A DNA stretch of 64,000 nt from Lama guanicoe (Eukaryota), in contig MU053559.1 of assembly GCA_013239625.1 (NCBI GenBank), positions 1,967,205 to 2,031,204 of the forward strand, written 5' to 3'. The notes below the pieces were generated by a model that worked only from the letters and a program-made list of their open reading frames with translations, was not told the origin of the DNA and searched no databases. Each line of letters begins with the position of its first letter. Positions within the stretch are counted from its first letter, which is position 1. This document shows positions 40,086 through 51,575 of the stretch, piece after piece. The position numbers were made by a program, and so were the translations under genes.

Positions 40086-42280
40086 TGGAAAAAAGCTTAA
40101 TTTTTTTTTTACTCTCCACTTAAAAGGGAGTACTTTCTTGGCAGAGAACTTCATAGATTCTGTTCTAATACCAGCACTGTTCCTGGGAAGATAAAATTGG
40201 AGATTAAGCTTCAAGAATACATGAGGGGAAATGTTTTCCACTAATGTAGGCTGAAATTCACATGTTCAGCCATTCACACATCACGTTAGCATAGAGTTCC
40301 TGTGCTATGGTTAATTTTATAACTCTGTCAGAGATTTTAAAATAGCACACACAGTTTTATATACATCAGGTGAAATGATAAACCTGGCTAAATTTTGGTT
40401 GACAAGTACGCAAGCAAATTTCAGCTGTTATTAGAAAAAAACTTTATTACCAAAGGTACATATGGACTCATTTTTAGCTGTACGTCTGGTGAGATTTCAC
40501 AGGGCAGTGATGTCGCTGAGAGGCATATGCTTCTGGCTTGCTGGGGAAAAAAAAAGAGAGAACATATTTTGAATAAAGATGAACTTTGTGAGGTTTATTT
40601 CTCTCCCATCAATATTGAAGAATACGGTTTCTGATTCCTATTCATTTGTATTAATATTTTCCCCAAGAGCATATTTGTGAAGTTTTCTTATGAACACTGT
40701 TTCATTCTCCTCTTTTCCAAACAGTATTCCCTTTTCTCCTCTCTAGCCTGTGTGTGAGTGTGTATTAACCTTTGACTCCCTCTCCTCCACAATGCCTCCA
40801 ATTGTATAGGTTTATTTTGGACACAAAATAGGTGTGACTACCTCCTGAATGGCAAGGGGTTGTTCCATGACCTGTGTAAAACTTATACCTTCTGGGGTTA
40901 TCGACATGTAGATAAATTTTTATGGTTTCCTTTGAAATACATGTATTCTCTTTCTCTTTCTCCCCCACCCTTTTGCTCTGAGCACTAGGGTGTGGAATGG
41001 GGAAAATCAGGCTCTGAAAATGCTTTTTACCCCTTTCATTATTAACTTCTTCCATGATTTCCTTCTACCCCCAGGTGTAGGAATGCAGGGACCTCTGCAA
41101 GGGTGTGGTCATAGGGTAAACTTGAAACATTGTTGAATCCAGCTAATCTGGGAGTAATTTTGAAGAATAGAGTTTCTTGAATTATGGTTTACTAAATTTG
41201 AACTACTATTCCTTTGTTGGTAGATTATTTGACTGATAGGTTTTATTTTTTTAAGATCGCAATTTTTAAGCATTCCCCAAAATCCATTTCTGAAATAGAC
41301 CTGTACTTTTAGAAGTTAACGAAAAACAGGAACTCTAAATAATTATGGCATCCATGAAAAATTGGAGTTGGTTATTGTTTATACATTCTTTGAATAGCCT
41401 TGTAACCCTTAACCATAAATAATTTCACTAGAACCTGAACTCTTTGGAGTAATCTCATGGGGCAATTCTAAGTGCTGTCAGTAAAAAGTGCCCTCTTATT
41501 TGACTTCTGCTTCATGCTTTATAACCACATGATTAGTGCTTTATGCCAAATTCCACCCTATCTATATGCATGCCTAATGCTCCCCATGAGATGAAATGTG
41601 GTTAACGTTCACAGTGAATTTTATAAGCCACACTATGAAAAACTTCTTTACACCTGTAATCAGCATAATTACTGGAGGCACTCAGAGCTTTCAAATAGAG
41701 CTGTCTAATAATAATATTGTTAAGCATTCAGGATTAGTTCATTCAGCCTAGAATAATAATTAATGTGGATAAGTGTTGTCCAGACTTACGGACACGGGGT
41801 GGCAGTTCATTCTCTCTTCCATTGTTATTTGAAACCCTAGTCAGACATTTGGGAGTTAGAAAGGCTTCCCAAAGGCTTTCATCTTAGACGTCTTTTCTCT
41901 TAGAAAAATAGATTTTATTTGTAATCAAGAGAACGCTAATCCATTTACACCACTGTTTAAAATGTTTTATGTTAGTTGATACCGGGAATCACTTTCGAAA
42001 CTTTCTTTACCAAGTCACAGTTTATCCGGAAAAAATTCTAGTAAATCCTAAAGTGTCTGAGATTTCTTTATATTTACCAGTGATGGATTTGAACAGGCTT
42101 TTATCGTGGTACAATCACTATTGGCTTTGATACAGCAATACCACTAGGTAACAAGTCTTGTGGCTGCAAATGCCTTTGTTCTAAAGAACTGTAAAATGAG
42201 AATATGATCTAATAAGGTAGTTAATCATTTACCACTTCCTGCTCATCGTCTCCAACTTAGCGCTCAAGGTCTGTGTGTTT

Positions 42281-42358
42281 CCAATTTCAATTCCAACGGC
42301 TGCAGAAAAAGTTTCCTATAAAAAGAATTTAGAGTTAGCCAGCCCTATTCTGACGCTA
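42281..42358 (+). promoter_or_regulatory. Candidate TATA/Inr core promoter with CCAAT, MYB and CRE-like motifs
   Basis: CCAAT 42281, CAACGG 42294, TATAAAAAG 42317, Inr-like CTATTCT with A at 42347 (TATA at -30), TGACG 42351; lies in CpG-retaining unique DNA. Confidence 0.45.
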
Positions 42359-42719
42359 CAGGCAAATTCTCACAATGCCACAGATAATTCAGCAATAAGG
42401 CAAAGCCTGTAACGTGCCCCTCTATTTTAGTGGGTTGAATGGCAGTGAGAATCTGGTGAAAAGTAACTAAGGGGAGAGAAGGTTAAGGAGTGACTAAGCT
42501 TCCGGAATGCTTCCTTCTTTAGTAGAAGACTGGCTTGATTTTTATTGTCCTCTGTCTCCCTTTTATGGACGTTCCTACTGCGCCTCCCATTCGCTTAATT
42601 CTTTTGCTCTTTCCTCCATTCTCCTCACCTTGAGTTGGTTATTTCAGTTCTAGGGCTTTCAAGCACTGCCCTGAGGTGGGGGGGGGGCTGCAGGAGTTGG
42701 TCCCTCATTCTCTCCAGGC

Positions 42720-42830
42720 ATGTATTCATTCATTCATTCATTCATTCGCAAACATTTACCAGGTACCACTTCTGTTCTTGGCTCTGTGCAGGGCACTCGG
42801 GTTGCACCTTGAATAGGGCAGTTTCTGTCT
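42720..42830 (-). mobile_element. L2 3' end
   Basis: (CATT)n followed by caaacatttaccaggtaccacttctgttcttggctctgtgc. Confidence 0.7.
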
Positions 42831-43129
42831 AATAGAGAGACTGGCAGTAGGACCCTACAATTCTGATGAGTCAAGTAGCTTCCAAGCTGCAAAGGCTGCT
42901 TGCTGTCGTCTGCATAGTGGGTTTGGTTTGATTATTGAAGGTGTACAGATATTTCTATTATTCCTCTTTAAGTGTCTATCCTGCGAGGAGGATGGCAACT
43001 TTCAGAGCAGAGGCGTTTAGACTCTCCATCTGGACATTCAGGGAAAGTGGAACTTGTGCATCAAGAATAGATCTGAGCCTTTTACTCAGGAGTTGAGACC
43101 AGAAGGGATGAGATGTTAGGTTAAAGCTG

Positions 43130-43540
43130 ACGGTCACAGTTTGTGGTCATCAGGAATCAGACTCCAAGATGGAGACCAGCATACAGGGTATTTATTAGAA
43201 AGTGCTCTTGGGATCAATACCCGTAGAAAGAAGGGGAAGGAAACATGACTGTGGTGAGGGAGACATTGAGCTGGGGAACTCTGGAATTGGAATGGCTCTT
43301 CAGAGTGGACTCAACTTGATGGAAGAGGGCCAGGCCTTTATACCCACTGTGTTGTTCAGGCATTGGATGTGGACTTCCCTAGTTGGACCTTGAGTGAGAT
43401 AGTTTTTTTTTTTCAGACAAAGCAATCCCTGAAGGGGGCTGAGAACTGAGAGCTACCAGTAGGCAGCCCTCCTGGTAACCTGCAACAAGTTCTTCATTTC
43501 TGAAGGAGGATATGGGCAGCACATCACAGTATCCACCACA
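43130..43540 (-). mobile_element. ERVL LTR16-like solo LTR
   Basis: Minus strand starts tgtggtggatactgtgatgtgctgcccatatcctccttcag. Confidence 0.7.
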
Positions 43541-43739
43541 GCTTCATGCAACCAATGTTGGAGGGCACTAAGACAATTTACCTAGATCCAATAAACAGGA
43601 AATTCAAGCTACCTGGGGCAGAAATGTACCCCTGCCCCGCCTCAACAGTTCACTTGTAATGATACAGTCAAAACATCTAGTAATTAAATTCTAGTCAATT
43701 GATTAAATTTTTCTTTTCTCACGTTTGTTCTGGCATTCT

Positions 43740-43922
43740 AATTTTTTAATTTGTTTTTGTTGTTGTTGTTGTTGAAGTGTAGTTGATTTACAATGTTAGT
43801 TTCAGGTGTTTTTTTTAAATTTCTTTAGGGCATTTATTTTAACAGTGGTATTGGGGATTGAACCCAGGACCTCATGCATGCTAAGCATGCACTCTACCAC
43901 TGAGTTATACCCTCCCTGCCCC
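43740..43922 (-). mobile_element. Vic-1-like SINE with a short L1 3' terminus in its tail
   Basis: SINE head 43845-43922; L1 end ttgaagtgtagttgatttacaatgttagtttcaggtgt at 43772-43809; flanking repeat TGTTCTGGC at 43726-43734 and 43923-43931. Confidence 0.85.
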
Positions 43923-43958
43923 TGTTCTGGCCTTTTTTTAAAAAAAAAACACAGCTGG

Positions 43959-44505
43959 CATAGAGAAGGAAACTTGTTGCTTCTACTCTTCTAGGTTCAA
44001 TGTCTGGGGCCTGGAAAATCAAACTGATAAAAGACAGATTAACAAGAGGAAAAAGTTTTAATGAGGTACAGGGAGTTACAAAGAAAAATGTGGCTGAAGG
44101 AGGCAGTCAGATGATTGAGGCTTATATACCATTTTAGGCTAAACAAAGGGAAAAGTTTGAGGCTTCCGGGCAGAGGAGATAAATGGTGAGAAGGGGAGGG
44201 GAGTAAATCTATGGTAAATAAGGGTTGTCATCTATGCAGATAAGAGTCTCTCATGGAAGTAACAAGAGTTGGCTCCAGAAGTAGCTCTCTGTCTGGTACG
44301 GACATTTTTACAAAAAGAAATAAGGAAATTTCCTGTATAACTGTAAATTCCTTTACAAAAGGGGAAATTTATACTTTATTCTTAGGCAGTTAGGGGGAGG
44401 GGAAAAAGCTTTTCCTGGGTCTGCTGTTTCTCAGTTGCCTTTAGCTCAAAACAATTCTTACGCCAATGTGGCGTATTTTGGGATCGCATATTCTTGTCCC
44501 CTTCA
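43959..44505 (-). mobile_element. ERV1 MER34-like solo LTR
   Basis: Minus strand starts tgaaggggacaagaatatgcgatcccaaaatacgccacattggcgtaagaattgttttgagct; 4-bp TSD CTGG at 43955-43958 and 44506-44509. Confidence 0.82.
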
Positions 44506-47177
44506 CTGGTATAAAAGGAATAAAGTTCCTTCTCACTATCTAAATATGATATCACCTTAATAAGAGATTTCAATAATTGTTTCTCCTTCTATAGGACCTC
44601 ACAATGGAAATTCTGCAAAAAGAGATATCTAATGGTATTTAAAAGGTTGACTATAAGGAAAGATGATGGCATGTTTTCCATATATCTAGGGTGCCTTAAG
44701 TCCCTGGTTGCCTGGTACAGTCCTGATCTGTGCCTTTGTTCCAGCATAATTATTAATAGCAGCATAATTATTAATACCCTTTTTACTCTCAAAAGGGCCC
44801 CTTTTGGGAGCAATACATTATACGGTGACCTTACAGATACCAGGTAGAATTTGAATATACAAATGATTGTTATGTTTCAAAATAATCCTCTTGAAAGACC
44901 AAATAAATACTTATTCCAAAGATGCTGTCATTGATTCCAGCATTTTTAGAATTATACTGTTGGAGTCACTGGCAGCACTAATGTATAAAATATTCACAAG
45001 AGCCATCCAATTCCTTTTAATCCGTCTTGGTCTCCGTTTTCCTCTCATTCTCTCACACTATTTTTCACTATCCTAAGAAGAAGCAATCCTGTCACCCACA
45101 CTTAGAGTCGTTCACCGTGTCCATTGGCCTTGGCTGTGATTAACTTTGTTTCCTAAATCGAAACTTTCTTCCAAGGATGAAAAGGTGAGAATTTTCTACC
45201 ATTGATTACATCCAAAATCGTGAACCGCAGGCACAACTTCCCCTCCCTCCTTCTCCCCTCTCCACTCCTATATGTAATATCAAATAACACAACATCATAT
45301 AATCATAGCTATTGAGGATTGAAGGGGCTAATACATAACACTCTTCTTTCCCGTGCCTGAGCTCTATACCAATGGTTATAGACAGAAGAGTGGGTGATGG
45401 ATCTGAAAACATTTGCTGTATTGATGTTGGAGAACATAGTGTAGATGAGCAACAACACTGGGTTTGCCAGTAACGGTAACATTCCCTACATTTTCTCCTC
45501 TCATACCCCTGGGAGAACTAGCAAGCTTGTCATCAACCAGTGTTGTGTCTGGTCCCCTGCTGGGAGAGGTCAATTGTTCCGCTCCTATATTTGCCAAACT
45601 GCTCCCACAGTACCAACTTCTACTTTTGAGGAGATATCCCTTAACTACTGATGGGCAAGGCAGATTTTGCCAGAAGAAAGATTTGAAATGGGTTAGACTT
45701 ATACATTAATTAAGTCTACACTAAGGTGGCTTCATGGCTGAAAATCTACTTCCTCTTCTATTTCCCATCCCAAATTACATCCCGCTAAATTTTCCTACTC
45801 AGTCTATTAGCGTGTCTGCAGCGAGGTTAAATGACATCATAAAGATACCAAAAACAAAATGCAAAAAAAAAAATTAAGGATATCCCATATTTGAATATAA
45901 ATTTCTTCCTACTATGAATTACTCAGGAGAAATTCATATCTTCCATATGTCCCACTTGTAAAGAGTCCAAAAATTAACACTTCAAGTTAAAATCCAGAGA
46001 TTACGGGGTGTCAGTGTCTGGGTAGAGTTATCAATGCCTTCAGCACCATGGCCTTGGATGCCTCCTAAAAATGAGTGTCATTCTTTTGGGGCCCAGAAAT
46101 TAGCCTCTATTACATCTCTCTTTTACAGATCTAAATTGTGAACAGGAAACACAAGGTTAACACAACACCGACTCACATCAGTAACGTTTAGTAATTTATA
46201 GCGCTAGGGCAGTCTTCCCCAACGAAATGAAATCCCAGACCTAAGGCTCGTGCCGTCTAATCCCATGTTACCGTTGCCAAAGACATAATAGAGACTTGGA
46301 GGCATCTGAGGGAAGAATGAGGCAAAGACATTCTTCTGGGTTTCAGCTTCTCCCAAACACCAGGCCATCCATGTGAGTTGTCCAGTGCCTGTAACTTGTC
46401 AGCGTAAACTCCTCTGAGGAAATGCACCTGCCCCCCTCCCCCAAGAGGTGAATGTTGACACTAGATATTTACGGTAACTTTAGTGGGAAAGACCTGGGTC
46501 ATACTCTTGAGATTGCCATTCGAGACATTGATTCCTTCTTGCAAAGGGTGGGAGTTTGAAATGATGCCAGTCACGGACTCCAGATCTTATTTGAATTGCT
46601 CTTTTTTTTTTAATCCCAAACAACATCTTTGGAACCTCTTATTTTCCATTTGCCACGGCCCTGTATGTCTAGCACCCTGTGCTATATTCAGATGGTATCT
46701 CTGTAGTGACAAGGCTCCTGCATTCTCTTATGAGTGGGCATTCTCAATCATGTGTCACGTTAGAGCGACCTAAGAAACATGCCTCCTCAGGTGTCCCCGT
46801 CATCCTCATATATGTTCCAGATTCTTAGCCATAGCTGTGACTGATTATTTTTGGAACCTTTGCCCCTATGAACCTCACGAAGACCATGACCTATGTGGAT
46901 GTTGGAAACCTAAACCCACGCTCTGAATTTTGTCATGATGTAATCCAGAACCAAATGGAGGCTGTGGGGTCAAAATGACACCTGAGTCCCCTGGCCTATC
47001 CAGAATCCACCTTGGCCCTGAATCTGGAGAATGGATTTTGGGCAGCGTATCTGGCACTGCTTACCTCAGCCCAGCATGAGCACTCAAAAGTCCAAACTGT
47101 AAGGGTCTGTCTTGTGCTCGTAACACACCTGTCTGGAAACGTAAAAGCGGCAAATATTTTTCTGTCTCATCCCACAG

Positions 47178-47600
47178 TGACGATGCTGTAATTCACTGCC
47201 CAGGTCCCACTTTGGGAATAAAGGGCTTATTCCTCTGACCCTAAGAGTGATGTCAAGTTGACAGCCCTCAGCTGTTTGCCTCTTTGGGACTTGCCTCGGC
47301 TGAAGAGAACTGTTTTGCCCAAAGTTACACTCCTTCCCAGGGTGACAGATGGTTACCTTTGGGCCCGGCCCTCTGTACCCCCAATTCAGGACAGCTGAAG
47401 GGGCGTCCTATCTTCAGGGCTTCCTACAGGATTGGCTGAGGTTTGGTGTGGAATCACAGCTTGACTTCTCTCTCTCCTCAATTCTTCATCTTTCCCTTCC
47501 TTTCCTTCCCACACATGTTGATCCCAAGAGCGCTCCCTCAGAAAACTCCCACATGCTGATCTTCATCTCAGAGTCTGCTTGCCAGGGAACAAACCCACAG
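47178..47600 (+). mobile_element. ERVL LTR16-like solo LTR
   Basis: gatgctgtaattcactgcccaggtccc...tgcctcggctgaagagaactg...catctcagagtctgcttgccagggaac. Confidence 0.7.
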
Positions 47601-47704
47601 AACCTCTCAAAGGTCTTGGCTGCGTGCCTGACTTCCGGGCTACAGCCACCCAGCGCAGGCTCATATCATTGCTTCTGTCATCGGAAAGCCCCACTCACAC
47701 CTTT

Positions 47705-47803
47705 TCTTTATTGTTGTTGTTAATGGAGGCACTGGAGATTGAACCCAGGACCTCGTGCATGCTAAGCATACACTCTACCACTGAGCTATACCCGCTCACC
47801 CCC
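47705..47803 (-). mobile_element. Vic-1-like SINE
   Basis: tRNA-Ala-like head; TSD ACT[C/A]ACACCTTT at 47693-47704 and 47804-47815. Confidence 0.92.
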
Positions 47804-47839
47804 ACTAACACCTTTGTCTCATCTCCTAATACCACTGAT

Positions 47840-48268
47840 TCAGATTGCCTCCACCTTCCCTGAGGTCAAAGGCCAGGCTGTCTGCACAGCTTCAACCATG
47901 GTTATCATACCAGGATTTACAGCAGCTCCAGGGCCCAGCTATGACCTGACTGGACCAACAGAGGCCCTGGCTTACCCCGCAGCTGCCCTGAGTGTGGGGG
48001 AAAATAAAGCTCTGTGGGGTGGGCTTTGATGAATCAGAGAGGACATCGAAGGAGCTTCTCTGAAAACTTCCCACCTAGCTGAGAACTAGTTGAATTTTCT
48101 TGAGAAGCTGTGGCCAGCTCGTAACACACCACCTTTATGTGCTCTCCCTCCTTCCTTGGCCCACTTTCCTTTCTCCCTCATTCTTGCTTCCCTGGGACTG
48201 CAGTCTCCTGAATAAAATGCCTTGGTATGTAAGCTTGCCTCAGCTTCTAGGGAACCCAGGCTAAAACA
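47840..48268 (+). mobile_element. ERVL-type LTR fragment
   Basis: AATAAA at 48211 and terminus cttctagggaacccaggctaaaaca; 5' boundary uncertain. Confidence 0.55.
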
Positions 48269-48303
48269 GAATGTGACTTAGCAGATATGACATTAATTGA
48301 CTT

Positions 48304-48687
48304 TTAAAAATTGAAATATAGTCGATTAACAATGTTGTGTTAGTTTCTGGTGTACAGCATAGTGATTCAGTCATACATACATATTCTTTTTCATATTTTT
48401 CATTATAGGTTATTACAAGCTACTGAATATAGTTCCCTGACTCATCATAGGTTTTTACGAGATATTGAATATAGTTCCCTGTGCTGTACAGTAGGACCTT
48501 GTTGTTTATCTATTTTATATATAGTAGTTAGTATGTACAAATCCTGAACTCCTGGTTTATCCCTTCCCACCCCCTCTCTCCCCTGGTAAGCATAAGTTTT
48601 CTATGTCTATGAATCTGTCTCTGTTTTGTAAATAAGTTTGTGTCCTTTTTTTAAGATTCAACATATAAGTGATATCATATGGCAATT
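48304..48687 (-). mobile_element. Young camelid L1 3' end with a 42-bp internal duplication
   Basis: TSD TTAATTGACTT at 48293-48303 and 48688-48698. Confidence 0.9.
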
Positions 48688-49724
48688 TTAATTGACTTAA
48701 TAAAAGGCTTTCATGATCTTTCTACATTAGAACTGTTCTGCACGAAAGATACCCCTTGCCTCCTCCCTACTTTTACAATCACTACTCACAGAGCTGCTTT
48801 TCTGTTTAATCCAAAAGATTGTACCCACAGTTCACTATCGTTTTTAATTTTTTCTTGTCCTACCTGAAATGAAAAGAATGATCTTTTCTCTACTAGGCTT
48901 TAATTATTGTCTGTCTTGTCATTTTGCCTAATTTAAAGCTCTTAACACTCATCTATCTAACCTGGAGGCAATTTATCAGCAAAAATGATGTTACCAAACT
49001 CCCACCATTAAAATGGCTCCTCTTGGCAAAAATGTCCAGATGCTAAAAATATTTGCAGGGTTTTGCATTAAGGCATATATTTTCCATCTGGATGAAACGT
49101 GAAAGCCTGTGCAGCAATAAGATAATAATAGAAAAAATTTTTAGAATGAAAAAAATGAAAGGCAGAACAAAGATATTTAAATAATCCATCTTTTGAAGTG
49201 GCTTTTAAGCATGAGGGCATTAGTCCAAGATCAACAAAAGGAAGTTGGTAAGATTGTAACCAACACAGTGAATAGATAGCAGCCAGAGAGCTCAGCCATT
49301 AAAGCCTTTATTGCCGCCTCTGTACCTGGCTCCATGGGTGGGTAACCTCACACATCAGAGACAAAGGAGTTTCTGAAATTCTGGAGAACGGTCAGTTCTT
49401 TCTCAGGAAAGGTGAGTTTTCACCTGTCTTTTTGAGTTGGTTCTGGTCTCTAGGTAATGCCAGCCCAGGTCTGCTTTCACTAAACCTGTGCAGGCTTGTC
49501 ATGTTTGACTAGACTAATCTCATCTAGGTTTATCTTTCAGTGGATCAGATATCAGAAATCCAGTGGTATTTCTGTAACTTAAGGCGACTTGATGCCCCTA
49601 CCTCTGCCTTTCTCCTAGCTCCAGTAGGTAGGCATTCGCTTTTATGCTATTTAGCATGTTGGTTTTTAGTGGGGCTCATGTCGTATTTGATTATTGCCAT
49701 ACATCTCTGGTGACTCTTATGACA

Positions 49725-49858
49725 TTTCTCTCTCTCTCATTTTCTCTTTCTGTCTCTCTCTCATTTTCTCTTTCTGTCTCTCTCTCCACTGCCTGCAGAC
49801 ACACACACACACACACACACACACATGCTCACACACTCACTCACACACACACACACAC
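49725..49858. repeat. 24-bp CT-rich tandem duplication plus (CA)n
   Basis: ctctctctcattttctctttctgt twice, then an interrupted (CA)n run. Confidence 0.9.
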
Positions 49859-49869
49859 GAGATTCTCTT

Positions 49870-51575
49870 CCTTTTGAAATAATTTTAGATCTGCAGGATA
49901 GTTGCAAAAATAGTACAAAGAGTTCAGGTATATGCTTCACCCAACTTCCTCTAATGTTAATATCTTACATAAGCACAGTGCAATTCTCTAGGCTAGGAAA
50001 TTAACATTGGTACAATACAATTAACTAAGCTCCAGAGCTCTTTTGAATTTTACCAGTTTTCCCCCCAAATGAACTTTTTCTGTTCTAGGATCACATGTGG
50101 CATATCATTGTTTCTCCTTTGTCTCCTCTAATCTGTGACAGTTCCTCGGTCTTTCCTGGTCTTTTGTGACTGTGAAACTTTTGAAGAGTACTGGTCAGTT
50201 ATTTTGTAAAACCCTTCATTTGGGTTTTTCTGGTGTTTTCTCATGAAGAGTTTGAAGTTATGCATTTTTGACAAGAAGAGTACAGAAGTTATGTTGTGTC
50301 CTTCTCAGTGCATCATATTGCAGGTACATGATGCCAATATGTTTTCTCTTTCTTCTTTTTGTCTTCTTTTCTTATGGTTTGATGACTAGAGAAGGTCCTT
50401 TAACATTTGTTGTAAAGCTGGTTTTGTGGTGCTGAAATCTTTTAGCTTTTGTTTATCTGTGAAGGTCAATATGTTTTATTACCAGGAACCTTGATTACTT
50501 GGTTAGGGTGGCATCTTCCAAATTTCTTAACTGTAAATTACTATGTTTTCCTTTAGGATTGAGAAACAGCTTGAGAAGGATATTTTTAGAGTATGCTAAT
50601 ATCCTGTTTCTCCTCAAGCTTTCACTCACTGATTTTAGCATCCATCAGTAGATCTTGCCCACAACAATGATTACTGTGATGTTTGTCCAATGGTGATTTT
50701 GTATTTCTCCCATTGTTTCTACATTTTTTAATTGGTTTCTTCAGTAAGGGAGAGCTGTTCATTCTCACTCACTTATTTAGGTATTTAATTATTTATTTCT
50801 ACATAGACTCGTGGATATTTACTTTATTCTGTGAGTTATAATCCAATATTATCATTATTCATTTCATTTCTCAAATTGTTCTATCGTTGGCCATTGGGAC
50901 CTTCTTCAGGTTGGCTCCTGTGTCCTTTTAACATACCCTTATCCTTTTCTGAGTACGTTCTTATTTTCTGACACCACAAAATATTCCAAGCTCATCTTGA
51001 GGTTTTCTTGCCCCTGTCCTGGAATCAACCACTTCTCCAAGGAGCCCTGGTTTCTTTTATTGGAGAACTGTGTTTTAGAAACCAACATATGGACACTAGG
51101 GGTGCTTATTGCTGGTAGGGTATCACTGCTTCTAGGCTCTCTCTGTGGACAGAGCTAGGAAATATATCTGTGTATGCTAACCCCTATGTACACACACATC
51201 TGTATTTATTTCTGTAGCTATATAACTGTATAAACATATATATATATATATACAGCTAACTGTGTGTGTGTGTGTGTATATATATAACTATATAACCATA
51301 AGTTCCTTTTGATACCTCTAATTTTAATACACCACCACCAGGTTCATTCCAACACTTCCCTTATTTGAAATTCTGAGAGTGAGAAACTTGGCTCTCTTTA
51401 TCTAAAATATATTTACCTATTTGTTCTATTCCAGATTTCATATAAAATAATTTCAGGATGGCTAATCCATATGCCTATGAGAACCAGATTACTAACTAGA
51501 GTACAGTATTTGTGTGCAATTCTTTTTGCCTTTAGCCTTACAGTATCCAGTCAAAATAGTCTTTGCCAAGGATAC
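49870..51575 (-). mobile_element. L1MC/MD-type 3' UTR
   Basis: ttttgaaataattttagat...gttgcaaaaatagtacaaagagttc; inverted homology to 24310-26200. Confidence 0.85.
50346..50465 (-). mobile_element. L1 fragment comprising only the ORF1 C-terminus and inter-ORF spacer
   Basis: Minus-strand translation FTDKQKLKDFSTTKPALQQMLKDLL*; TSD CAATATGTTTT at 50335-50345 and 50467-50477. Confidence 0.85.

Noticed and set aside
45200..45850. Possible endogenous bornavirus L-like fossil (minus-strand words MMSFNLAADT, VVKGYLLKSRSW, TLVDDK, KEECYV)
   Set aside because: The words resemble Mononegavirales L motifs but are spaced far more tightly than in the real protein and the intervening sequence does not align; treated as chance unless TBLASTN says otherwise
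24310..51575. Long inverted similarity between 24.3-26.2 kb and 49.9-51.6 kb
   Set aside because: Two independent, diverged L1MC/MD-type 3' UTRs in opposite orientation, not a segmental duplication or transposon TIRs
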